From Bdellovibrionales bacterium (GTDB lineage Bacteria > Bdellovibrionota > Bdellovibrionia > Bdellovibrionales > UBA1609), in NCBI GenBank assembly GCA_020628165.1, contig JAHDFM010000008.1:2247-66246 (forward strand): 64,000 bases of DNA. The letters run 5' to 3'. Positions 53,540 through 62,677 of the stretch are shown here, in pieces (position 1 is the first letter of the stretch; each line of letters begins with the position of its first letter). A program made the translations under genes and the position numbers. The notes under the pieces are model-generated. The model was not told where the DNA came from, did not search any database, and worked only from the letters and a program-made list of their open reading frames with translations.

Positions 53540-56347
53540 ATGTTGAAAAACCGTCAAAACTCATTTGTACCTACAATCACCTTAATTATGGGGCTATTGC
53601 TTATCAGTCTTTCTTACACAAACTGTGGCGAAGGTTTTGAAGCACATTCTTTTAAAGTGATTGACCAAAGTAGCGTCATTGATGATCAAGAAATCACTAT
53701 AGATGATGGTAACAATAATCCTCCCACAGTCATAGTTCCCCCGGTGGTTATTGAGCCAATGCCAGAACCAGTTGTTCTTCCTCCCGACGAGCAAGACAAT
53801 ATGATTGTTAACCCAATCCCGGCTAATTACGACATCAAGGTGATTTATACCGGAACAGGTTTTAACGAAGGGCCTTTATACTATAAAGCAACCAATACTA
53901 TTATATTTACGGATTTCAATTTTTCAGATCATCTTAAAAATAAAATTGTATCCTATGATTTAAATACTCTAGAACTCAGCGAAGTTTCAAATCCATTAGG
54001 TTTGAACGGGAAAGCCTTAACAACTGATGGTGTCACTATCTCTGCAGGCGCTTTAACTGGTCGCACTATCTACAAAAAAGAAAATAACAGTGATGAGCAC
54101 CGTCCACTCGATTTGAGTTTTGAAGGCAAGAAGCTCAATGCTCCCAATGATGTTTATTTAGATTCCGATCAAAATATATTTTTTACAGATCCAACGTACA
54201 ACCGTAAGGCAACGACCGACGGCGAGCAGTTCTTAAGTTTCCAAGGTGTTTATTACATCGACCGTGATAATAACTTACACAATTTGGTGCGTTCAGGTTT
54301 TGCTCAGCCCAACGGGATTCTTTTGTCTCCCGATCAATCTACTTTGTATGTCTCTGACTCTGATGCGAACCTCATTAAGTCATTCGAATTGGTGCGAGAC
54401 GATGGGCAGCCAATCAAGGCCATCAATGAAAAAGTGTTTTATCAAGCGCCAGCTTTGGCGCAGGGTGTGGAAGGAAAGATTGATGGCATGGCCATCGATC
54501 GCCGTGGAAATGTTTATGCATCTGGCTCTCATAAGATCACGGTGTTATCACCAACCGGAGAAGTTTTTGGACAACTTGATTTTGGTGAGCAAACCACGAA
54601 TGCTGCTTTCGGCGGCACGGACAATAAAACTCTTTTTGTAACTGGTGCTAAAAAAGTTTACTCGGTGAACATGGACGTTCCCGGTTTGATAGTGACAGTG
54701 AATGCCAGTGATAACTCAAACCCTGGCAACCCCAACGACATGGACAATACAGATGTGCAAGCGGCAGGAGCGCCAAGTGCTCCAGTCGGGGTGAGTTCTT
54801 ATTTAACAGCCAACAATTGGACGGTTCTTAATTGGCAACCGTCACAAGATCAAGATGGGCAAGTGGTTGCTTATAAAATTTACCGCAATGGTGAGCACAT
54901 CGATACGGTCAAGGGTGGTGAGTCAAATAGCTTTAGGCAGCTGTATCATGCCACTAACACATTCATCGACTGTAATTACATTGAGTCTTCCAAGTGTGGA
55001 GCCAGCGGCCCAAAACCAGGTGAAACTTACAGTTACCAGATTGCAGCTGTGGATAATGATAATAAAGAGTCGGCAAAGTCTCAAAGTTTACAAGTGCAAA
55101 TGAAACCTCTTACAGCCAATTCTATAAGAGATAATGTGAAGTCAAACTCTCAATACAAACTTGTGTTTGAAGAAAACTTTTCTAATGTAAGCAAGCAAGA
55201 GTTGAGTCAAAAGTGGGAGTTTCGCCGTGTTTGGGACCTTCAAGGCAAGTACAGTTCAAACCCACAGAAGAAAGCCCATTATGATAACGACAGCAAACAT
55301 CAGCAAGTCATTAATGGAGAGGCCGGCTATATGATTGATCTCAATAATGACAGCCTCACTCAAATTTTTAATCCTTATCAGTCATCGCAAAATGGCAGTG
55401 CTTTAAAAATTTCCGCTCAACCGAAACCTGCAGGCATGTCAACTCCTGCTTTTGCTGATAGCGGTACTGAGATCAGTGCCAGTCAACAACTCCCTTATGT
55501 ATCTGGGTTATTGCGATCTAAACAAAAATTTAAAAAGGGCTTCTTTGAAGCGAGAATGAAGTTATCAGGACATCACGGCATGCTGTCGACATTTTACTTG
55601 TTTCATTCGACCTTTGGAGTTGGCAGTGGTCAAAAGTTTGGAGCCAGTGAAATTGACATTCTCGAGTACTTAGGTGGCAGTGAGTCTCTGTACGGACAAC
55701 CCAATCGTGGCCGTTTGATTTATCAAACGTATCACTTTAAATCGCGACAGGGTGATGGGGACTACCCATTGCATAGGACTCCGACAATGAGTTTTGAACA
55801 ACCTGATAAAAAGCATTTTTCTGACGACTTTCACACCTACTCTGTCTTTTGGGATACAGGAATAGTTATTTGGTACATAGATGACAAAGAAGTTCGTCGA
55901 GTGGAAGGCCCTGCTGTCGTCAATGACCCTAAAGAAATCATTTTAAGTTTAGTTGTAGGTGGTGAGTGGGCTGGCGCTCCTAATGATGGTACAACCAGCT
56001 CTATTGAAATTGACTACGTCAGAGTTTATCAAAAAGATGAGAGTAGTGATAACAACGGAGCTTCTACAAACACTCAAGTCAACCCTCCAAAAACAATTAA
56101 TTTACAACAAGCAGGTTCGGGCACAGTGAATATTTCTTGGGACAGTGTTGAAGGTGCTCTTGGCTATAATGTTTACCGTGACAACCAATACATTCAAACT
56201 GTAATAAATAAAACATCAACTCAAGACAAAGGATTGAATGCTGGAGCTTCGCACACATACTACATTGTTGCTTTCGGAGATCCAGCCAAAGGAAATAATT
56301 CATACTCACCAAAATCAGAGGAAAAAAAGATAACCATCAACCCTTAA
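53540..56347 (+). CDS. Secreted mosaic protein: SMP-30/gluconolactonase/LRE-like beta-propeller + FN3 + GH16 glycoside hydrolase + FN3
   Basis: Lipobox SYTNCG. Propeller motifs LNAPNDVYLDSDQNIFFTDPTY, FAQPNGILLSPDQSTLYVSDS and IDGMAIDRRGNVYASG. GH16 catalytic motif EIDILE at 55649-55666, plus FHTYSVFWDTGIVIWYIDD and IEIDYVRVYQ. The C-terminal FN3 is homologous to those of the upstream gene. Confidence 0.9.
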   Translation: MLKNRQNSFVPTITLIMGLLLISLSYTNCGEGFEAHSFKVIDQSSVIDDQEITIDDGNNNPPTVIVPPVVIEPMPEPVVLPPDEQDNMIVNPIPANYDIKVIYTGTGFNEGPLYYKATNTIIFTDFNFSDHLKNKIVSYDLNTLELSEVSNPLGLNGKALTTDGVTISAGALTGRTIYKKENNSDEHRPLDLSFEGKKLNAPNDVYLDSDQNIFFTDPTYNRKATTDGEQFLSFQGVYYIDRDNNLHNLVRSGFAQPNGILLSPDQSTLYVSDSDANLIKSFELVRDDGQPIKAINEKVFYQAPALAQGVEGKIDGMAIDRRGNVYASGSHKITVLSPTGEVFGQLDFGEQTTNAAFGGTDNKTLFVTGAKKVYSVNMDVPGLIVTVNASDNSNPGNPNDMDNTDVQAAGAPSAPVGVSSYLTANNWTVLNWQPSQDQDGQVVAYKIYRNGEHIDTVKGGESNSFRQLYHATNTFIDCNYIESSKCGASGPKPGETYSYQIAAVDNDNKESAKSQSLQVQMKPLTANSIRDNVKSNSQYKLVFEENFSNVSKQELSQKWEFRRVWDLQGKYSSNPQKKAHYDNDSKHQQVINGEAGYMIDLNNDSLTQIFNPYQSSQNGSALKISAQPKPAGMSTPAFADSGTEISASQQLPYVSGLLRSKQKFKKGFFEARMKLSGHHGMLSTFYLFHSTFGVGSGQKFGASEIDILEYLGGSESLYGQPNRGRLIYQTYHFKSRQGDGDYPLHRTPTMSFEQPDKKHFSDDFHTYSVFWDTGIVIWYIDDKEVRRVEGPAVVNDPKEIILSLVVGGEWAGAPNDGTTSSIEIDYVRVYQKDESSDNNGASTNTQVNPPKTINLQQAGSGTVNISWDSVEGALGYNVYRDNQYIQTVINKTSTQDKGLNAGASHTYYIVAFGDPAKGNNSYSPKSEEKKITINP

Positions 56348-56401
56348 AGAATGAGCACTTTTAAAGCCAATGACTCAATAGTACGAACATAAAGGTTAGG
56401 T

Positions 56402-57004
56402 TTAATCAGCTAACTCTTTTTGCAAGATTTTTTTACTTTCAGAGTCGATGATTTTTTTCGCTTTTTTATTCGAGCCAAAATTCATATAACTTAATGTGAG
56501 TAAGAGAACAATAAATAAGTAAGTGCAACCCATACTGATCCATACAAACTTTTTAGTGAGTTGAAAGCGATGTATAAGACCAAAAGCTAAAAGTGCAAAG
56601 CTAAATGTGCACCCAATTAAAAAAACAGCAGGGTGTATTAATGACAATGCATACATTGTGATGGTGGGAATAGAGGCCACAAATGTTAAAGTGGTTAAGC
56701 GTTTAAAGTTTAAGTTTCTATTTTGAAAAACTACGATTAAAAAATAAAAAAAACAAGATAGCATGAATACAAGCAACAAAGCCGTTATCGGTAAAAATAA
56801 AAAACCGATCAGTGCTTGCAAACCACTGCCTGCAATCAGCCCTCTTAAAACTCCAGTGATGGATGAGAATAGGCCTATAAGTATAATTAAGCTAAGCCAG
56901 CTCCAGGCGGGCACTTTTTTAACATTGAGAAAAGGGTTCTTGTAAAAAGCGAGGATGTATTTATTGATTTCTGTGATTTCAAGCTGAATGTTTTTTAAAC
57001 TCAT
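56402..57004 (-). CDS. Hypothetical polytopic membrane protein (about 5 TM, Yip1-like layout)
   Basis: 200-aa ORF with five hydrophobic helices after a short cytoplasmic N-terminus. No catalytic motifs. Confidence 0.65.
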   Translation of the reverse strand: MSLKNIQLEITEINKYILAFYKNPFLNVKKVPAWSWLSLIILIGLFSSITGVLRGLIAGSGLQALIGFLFLPITALLLVFMLSCFFYFLIVVFQNRNLNFKRLTTLTFVASIPTITMYALSLIHPAVFLIGCTFSFALLAFGLIHRFQLTKKFVWISMGCTYLFIVLLLTLSYMNFGSNKKAKKIIDSESKKILQKELAD

Positions 57005-57022
57005 AAAGAGAGAACCTTTTGT

Positions 57023-57652
57023 TTAAATCCAATCCTGTTCGGCGACTTTAGCAAAACTTTGCAGGTAATGAGGTTCGATAGTCAAGTTGTCTTTTGTACT
57101 TTGGCCACCAAGCAGAGAAAGAGAAATGAAGTAAGGAGACTGCGTGAATAAGTCGTGTGCACATTTAATGTATTTGTGAAAGGCATTGATCGGTGCCGTC
57201 TTTAAGGTCAATTGATGAAAGTGTATTTTATGAGAATGAGTGCGCTCTATTGACTTATGTTCGCTAAAGATGTGAATGGCTTGAATTTCATCAAAGTTTT
57301 TTTGGTCGATCGAGTAGGCCTCTTTCATTTGACTGTGGTCAAAAACAAGGTGAACTTTTTTATGACGTTGAGATAGAGTTTTAATTGTTTTTATGAGGTG
57401 TTTTTTTCGAAAGAATGTAGTTAGCGGATTAAATTTGATTTCATAGACTTCATAGCCGTGTTCTTTTAAGTAATGAGGGATTGAGTTCCAGTACTTCAAA
57501 AAGTAAAAAAACGAAGTTTTCCCTGGTACAAAAATAATAGGGTATTTGGTCAGTAAGCAATTGGGTGTTAACTCAAAATGAGGCTTGCGACTGATGCGCT
57601 TTAAGTTGATAGCAAATAAGCCAAGAAAAAATCCAATACCGAGATAATACAT
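57023..57652 (-). CDS. Hypothetical membrane-anchored protein
   Basis: 209-aa ORF with an N-terminal hydrophobic segment MYYLGIGFFLGLFAINL. It lies 18 nt upstream of the next minus-strand gene. Confidence 0.55.
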   Translation of the reverse strand: MYYLGIGFFLGLFAINLKRISRKPHFELTPNCLLTKYPIIFVPGKTSFFYFLKYWNSIPHYLKEHGYEVYEIKFNPLTTFFRKKHLIKTIKTLSQRHKKVHLVFDHSQMKEAYSIDQKNFDEIQAIHIFSEHKSIERTHSHKIHFHQLTLKTAPINAFHKYIKCAHDLFTQSPYFISLSLLGGQSTKDNLTIEPHYLQSFAKVAEQDWI

Positions 57653-57655
57653 ACT

Positions 57656-58240
57656 TTAAAAATAACTAATGATATTGACTGAAGGGTTGAAGTGGCTGTT
57701 CACACGACTGCTACTGTGAAAAAGATAAGCAATATTTAGGCTCACATCAAAACTTCTGTGCACTTGATAAAGGCCTTCAATGGATGGGCTGATGAACAGG
57801 CTTGAAAAGTCATAGTCATCACCAGTGAAGGCAGCAAATCCAGATGCTAGACCCACTTTTAAATCAAAGAAGTTATACTTGTAAAAAGAGTGATCGGTTT
57901 TGACTCGCGCCATGATCTCGGTCATGTCATCGCCTGTTGAGTAAAGAAGTGCAACTTTAAGCGGGACAATTAAAAAGTTATAAATGCCAACTTCAGCGGA
58001 AAGACCGAGTCCAAGATTAGCGTCATCATTCACTTCGTGAATTTGTGAGTTGAGACCTACTCCCAAACTGTACGAACTGTTTTTAAGTTGGGTAATGGTG
58101 GTGTCGTCGCGTTTGGTTTTTAGTTGGTTTTGCAAGTCAGAAACTATATTGTTGTAGTTTCTGTAACTTGCTTCACTTGCCCAAAGGCTTGCCGTTGTAA
58201 AAAAAGATATTAGTATTGTACTGAAGTTTAAAATTTTCAT
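57656..58240 (-). CDS. Small outer-membrane beta-barrel protein
   Basis: Signal peptide ...TTASLWASE, alternating beta-strand pattern and a C-terminal ...NIISYF aromatic terminus. Confidence 0.65.
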   Translation of the reverse strand: MKILNFSTILISFFTTASLWASEASYRNYNNIVSDLQNQLKTKRDDTTITQLKNSSYSLGVGLNSQIHEVNDDANLGLGLSAEVGIYNFLIVPLKVALLYSTGDDMTEIMARVKTDHSFYKYNFFDLKVGLASGFAAFTGDDYDFSSLFISPSIEGLYQVHRSFDVSLNIAYLFHSSSRVNSHFNPSVNIISYF

Positions 58241-58302
58241 ACTTATATTATCACCCTAAAAGGCCTAACTTTGCAAAACTTACCTTTTAAAATACTTTAA
58301 AT

Positions 58303-58686
58303 ATGTATAAACTAGTTTCTAGGATGGAATATATTTTTTGTGCTTTTTGCAAACATGGACGTAAGGCTTATACCAAAAAACGCATGAGCTTTGTCGATTA
58401 TATTTACGTTTCTATTCTTTCATTATTATTGATGTTCATATTGTTTCAAGACTTACATCCAGCTTTCTTTTTTATTTTTTTTGCATTGGTTTTTGTTATG
58501 GAACTTTTTATTAGCTTTCGTAGGCGGGTATCTATTCAGTGCCAAGTTTGTGGTTTTGATCCCGTCTTATATAAAAAAGACCCAGAGCTTGCAGAAGAAA
58601 AAATCAAAACAGTCCTTGGTGAGAAAAAAGAATCTTTGGATTACCTATTGAAATCAAAAAATCCTTTTGAAAACTTAGAACGGTAG
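58303..58686 (+). CDS. Hypothetical membrane protein with two CxxC pairs (zinc-ribbon-like)
   Basis: CAFCKHG and CQVCGFD flank two TM helices. Start is ambiguous (58303 or 58324). Confidence 0.55.
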   Translation: MYKLVSRMEYIFCAFCKHGRKAYTKKRMSFVDYIYVSILSLLLMFILFQDLHPAFFFIFFALVFVMELFISFRRRVSIQCQVCGFDPVLYKKDPELAEEKIKTVLGEKKESLDYLLKSKNPFENLER

Positions 58687-58828
58687 ATAAAAACTACTCA
58701 AATTAAATTTTTAAATTCCAAGAAGCTAGCCCTAAGTAAAGGGTCTCTTTATCCATCGGTCAAATAACAATCCCGACCAAAGAGTACACTCTCTAGACAA
58801 AGTTGATTCCTAAGAGGATAATAACACT

Positions 58829-59728
58829 ATGAAATATCTTCTGAGCTTGGCACTTATTTTTACCATTTCACTTCCTGCATTCGCCAAAAAAAAACGAAGA
58901 TCAAAAAAGTCCCAAGTGGCCATCGTACAAGTGGATGGAGCTGCGGTTTACAAAGTTCCCAATTTTGATTCTCCCATAATTGCATACCTAAATAAGGGAA
59001 AAAAAATACGCGCTTCAAAAAAAAAATACCCTGGAATTGGTGGCTTAGGTAGTTTTTATAAAGTGAGGCTCAAAAAGAAAAAGTATGGCTACGTCACAGA
59101 TGTTGATTTGTTTCCATCGAATAAGAAAAACACAGATCAAAATGGCGGAGGCAACATCTTTGTACCAACAGGTGGCGATGATCACTCCGGTCAAGCTATG
59201 GGTGGTTCAGGGCGTGCTATATTTTTAAAACGTTACATTGGTCTTTCTTATAACTTGGTGAATTATAAAGAAGAGATTGCAAAAACAGAGTACACTGAAA
59301 GTATTGGCTTTTTTGGTTTAAAAGTTTCAGGGCCGGGGGCTTTGTTTGTCGACTTGCCTTTAGAGCTTAACATACTTGGTTTTTTTGGCTCTCCTACTTA
59401 CTACACAGATTTATTTAATGAGGCTTCTGGTTTTATCATTATTGCCGATGTGCTTTACACTCTGCCACTCATAGCTAAAGAGAACTATATGCTTTATGTC
59501 GGTGTGGGGCCATCAATTAGGTACTCAAGTCAACAAGTAGAAGCCACCAAATTATCCAATTCAACCTCAACACCTTTTGATATTCAATTTGCCAATCTGG
59601 GGGGGGCTCTCGCTGCAGGTTTTGCCTTTCAGTTGGGAGAAAGCTTCGCTATCAAGGCTGAAGGTAAATACATGATGGATGAGCAGAGCCAAATCATTTA
59701 TGGTGGCGCCTTACAGTTTGCCTTTTGA
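58829..59728 (+). CDS. SH3b-domain + C-terminal beta-barrel outer-membrane protein
   Basis: Signal peptide ...SLPAFA. The SH3-like segment is VAIVQVDGAAVYKVPNFDSPIIAYLNKGKKIRA...FYKVRLKKKKYGYVTDVDL. Beta-strand-rich C-terminus ends in ...GGALQFAF. Confidence 0.72.
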   Translation: MKYLLSLALIFTISLPAFAKKKRRSKKSQVAIVQVDGAAVYKVPNFDSPIIAYLNKGKKIRASKKKYPGIGGLGSFYKVRLKKKKYGYVTDVDLFPSNKKNTDQNGGGNIFVPTGGDDHSGQAMGGSGRAIFLKRYIGLSYNLVNYKEEIAKTEYTESIGFFGLKVSGPGALFVDLPLELNILGFFGSPTYYTDLFNEASGFIIIADVLYTLPLIAKENYMLYVGVGPSIRYSSQQVEATKLSNSTSTPFDIQFANLGGALAAGFAFQLGESFAIKAEGKYMMDEQSQIIYGGALQFAF

Positions 59729-59790
59729 CACCCTGTTTCTAGGGACTTTAAGTAGGTTATATTCTATTTTGTGTGATAAATATTCGGATT

Positions 59791-61698
59791 ATGGATATCC
59801 GAATTCTGCCACAAGATTTAGTCAACCAAATTGCCGCCGGCGAGGTGGTTGAAAGACCATCTCATATGGTCAAAGAGCTTGTTGAAAATTCAATAGATGC
59901 TGGTGCTACTGAACTTGAAATTGATTTTGCCCAAGGAGGCAAATATTTAAGCATCAAAGACAATGGGCACGGTATAAAAAAAGATCAGTTGGCCGTAGCA
60001 CTCGCTAGGCACGCAACCAGTAAAATCAATAAGATTGATGATCTTTGGCAGTTGTCGAGTTTTGGCTTTCGCGGTGAGGCTCTGGCAAGTATTTCTGCTG
60101 TGAGTGATTTCACAATGAATTCAAAAAATGCAGGCGAAGAAGACTCTTATGAACTTCGCTGTGAGTTTGGAAAAATTCTCCCTTTGAAAAAATCGCACAA
60201 AGAGCAAGGAACTCACATCATTATTAAAGACTTGTTTAAAAATGTTCCTGCTCGTCTTAAGTTTTTAAAGACTGATGGCTATGAAGGCACGCAAATTAAA
60301 AATGTTTTAAAGGCGATGGCGATGTCTCATCCACAAGTGAGCTTTCGGGTGAAGTTGGCCGGTGAGCTTATTTTTTATTGGCCATCTACAGACAGTCGCA
60401 AGAAACGAGTGGAAGACATTCTCGGCATTCAAGACATGCACCACATCAGTGGTGAGCTAGATGGTGCCAAAGTAGAATTGATTTACTCAAGCCCAAATAA
60501 AACAGCTAAAAGCCGTCGTCAGATTTGGAGTTTTGTGCAAGAGCGCTGGGTGCAAGACTCAACTGTCTCTTCGGCCATTGTTGACGCTTATAGAACTTTA
60601 CTCATGCATGGGGAGTACCCTTATGCTGTTTGTTATGTGCATATGGACCCAGAAGATCTCGACGTCAATATTCACCCAACTAAATCGCAGGTTAAGTTTC
60701 GCAATTCGTCTCATGTTTATAAACTAGTTTATCGTCACTTAAGAGCTGATCTAGAAAAGGCTCCTTGGTTAAAACACCTCTTGCCTGATAATAACGAAAA
60801 TGCAGAAAATGAAGAGCTCACTCTAAAGATGAAGCCGCTAAAAGCACCTAAAGAAACCAACATTGCTTTTTCAGATAGTAGTTTTTTGAAGACACACTTT
60901 AAGAAAAAAGACATGCTCGATAAGCAAACATCAGCTCCAACAGTGGCTGATCTCAAAACCTTAGCCATGGACAATGTGCGTGAAAATCTAACAAATGCTG
61001 TTGTTGAAGAATCAAAAGTTGAGTCACAAAAAATGATGACGAAACTTTCTCAAAATATAAATTCAGATCATTTGAACACAACGAATCACCAGGGTGTGGT
61101 CACAAGCAATCAAAAGTGGTCTCAACTGCAGGTTCTTGGTCAATTAAACCTTACTTATATCGTTACACAAAATGAAAAGTCTTTAATATTAGTGGACCAG
61201 CACGCCGCTCACGAACGCGTTGTATTTGAGCGTTTGATGTTGCAGTTCGAGCAGCAAAATTTTGAAGTGCAAAATTTGTTGATACCACACGTAGTGAAGT
61301 TGCGTGAGGATCTCGTACAAGTGTTGTTAACAAATCAAGATGAAGTGGCAAAGTTGGGCATTGAAATGGACGCTCTCGGAGAGGATGCCATTGCCGTAAG
61401 GGCGCATCCAAGCTTTATTAAAGAAAAGTCTATCGGGCAGGCTTTAGAAAAGATGGCGCTTCAAATTGAAAAAAGTGGTGGCAGTGTTGAGCTAAAAAAT
61501 AGAATCGCCGATGTATTTGCAACCATGGCTTGTCACTCAGTTGTTCGAGCCGGGCAAAGTTTGAGCCAAGAAGAGATGGAAAATTTATTAGTACAGATGG
61601 ATGAGTTCCCACTGTCAAGTTTTTGCCCACATGGGCGCCCAGTGTTTGTCGAGCGACCTTTCTCTCAGATTGAAAAAGATTTTGGTCGTCTAGTATAG
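59791..61698 (+). CDS. mutL: DNA mismatch repair protein MutL
   Basis: Start at ATG 59791, giving MDIRILPQDLVNQIAAGEVVERPSHMVKELVENSIDAG (canonical GHKL N-terminus). The C-terminal endonuclease-type region contains DQHAAHERV and CPHGRP. Confidence 0.95.
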   Translation: MDIRILPQDLVNQIAAGEVVERPSHMVKELVENSIDAGATELEIDFAQGGKYLSIKDNGHGIKKDQLAVALARHATSKINKIDDLWQLSSFGFRGEALASISAVSDFTMNSKNAGEEDSYELRCEFGKILPLKKSHKEQGTHIIIKDLFKNVPARLKFLKTDGYEGTQIKNVLKAMAMSHPQVSFRVKLAGELIFYWPSTDSRKKRVEDILGIQDMHHISGELDGAKVELIYSSPNKTAKSRRQIWSFVQERWVQDSTVSSAIVDAYRTLLMHGEYPYAVCYVHMDPEDLDVNIHPTKSQVKFRNSSHVYKLVYRHLRADLEKAPWLKHLLPDNNENAENEELTLKMKPLKAPKETNIAFSDSSFLKTHFKKKDMLDKQTSAPTVADLKTLAMDNVRENLTNAVVEESKVESQKMMTKLSQNINSDHLNTTNHQGVVTSNQKWSQLQVLGQLNLTYIVTQNEKSLILVDQHAAHERVVFERLMLQFEQQNFEVQNLLIPHVVKLREDLVQVLLTNQDEVAKLGIEMDALGEDAIAVRAHPSFIKEKSIGQALEKMALQIEKSGGSVELKNRIADVFATMACHSVVRAGQSLSQEEMENLLVQMDEFPLSSFCPHGRPVFVERPFSQIEKDFGRLV

Positions 61699-61706
61699 AG
61701 TGACGT

Positions 61707-62621
61707 ATGAAAAATAAAAAAATTGTTTTTGTAGTGGGCCCGACAGCTAGTGGCAAATCTGACTTGGCCTTCGCTCTTGCCGATAAGTTTGGTTCCGCCA
61801 TTGTTAATTGTGACAGTTTGCAAGTTTATAAAAAGCTAGATATAGGCACTGCCAAACCTACTGAAAAAGAGCTCAAAGGTTATGACTCTTACCTTTTTGA
61901 TTGTGTAAACATTGATGAGGACTTCACTGCTGGTATCTTTCGTCGCAAAGCTCTCGAAATTTTAGAGACAACAGATCACAAGTCTTATGTTTTTGTCGGT
62001 GGCAGTGGTTTTTATATAAAAGCACTTCTTAAAGGAATGTTTGAAGAAGTCCCATTGAAGCAAGAAGCACAACTACAAGTGCAAAACTTAAAAGAGACTT
62101 TAAGTAAAGAAGAGCTATTTGCCAAGTTACAAAGTTTAGACCCAGAGTACGCCACTAAGATTCATCAAAATGATCAGTACCGGGTAGGTAGGGCTTTGGA
62201 GTTGATATTATCTCTTGGCAAAAGCATGGCGCAAATTCAACAAGAGTTTGCCAAAACGGCAACATCCTTTCCTTATCCCTATAAAGTTTATGGCTTACAA
62301 GTGGATAAACCAATATTAAGAACAAGAGTGGAAGAACGCCTTAGTAAAATGTTACATAATGGTTTTAAGGAGGAGGTTTTAAATCTTTTAAAATATAGGG
62401 AGTGTAAAGCTTTGAGCTCTGTTGGGTACAAAGAGATGCTCAGCCTAATTGATGGGCAGATAACTGAGGGTGAATTTAAAGAAGAAGTGATCAAAAACAC
62501 TCTTCGCCTTGCAAAAAGACAAATGACTTGGTTTCGAGGGCAAGACGAGGTGGAGTGGTTCACCTATGAAAACCTAGACCTCATCGTTGCTCAATGTCAG
62601 GTTTTTTTGAATGAAGCTTAG
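61707..62621 (+). CDS. miaA: tRNA dimethylallyltransferase
   Basis: P-loop VVGPTASGKSDLA, plus NCDSLQVYKKLDIGTAKP and RQMTWFR motifs. Confidence 0.95.
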   Translation: MKNKKIVFVVGPTASGKSDLAFALADKFGSAIVNCDSLQVYKKLDIGTAKPTEKELKGYDSYLFDCVNIDEDFTAGIFRRKALEILETTDHKSYVFVGGSGFYIKALLKGMFEEVPLKQEAQLQVQNLKETLSKEELFAKLQSLDPEYATKIHQNDQYRVGRALELILSLGKSMAQIQQEFAKTATSFPYPYKVYGLQVDKPILRTRVEERLSKMLHNGFKEEVLNLLKYRECKALSSVGYKEMLSLIDGQITEGEFKEEVIKNTLRLAKRQMTWFRGQDEVEWFTYENLDLIVAQCQVFLNEA

Positions 62622-62677
62622 CAGGGTGTTACAATTTTAAATGCAGTTCGCACCTAAAGATGTTATGAGGACATTCT

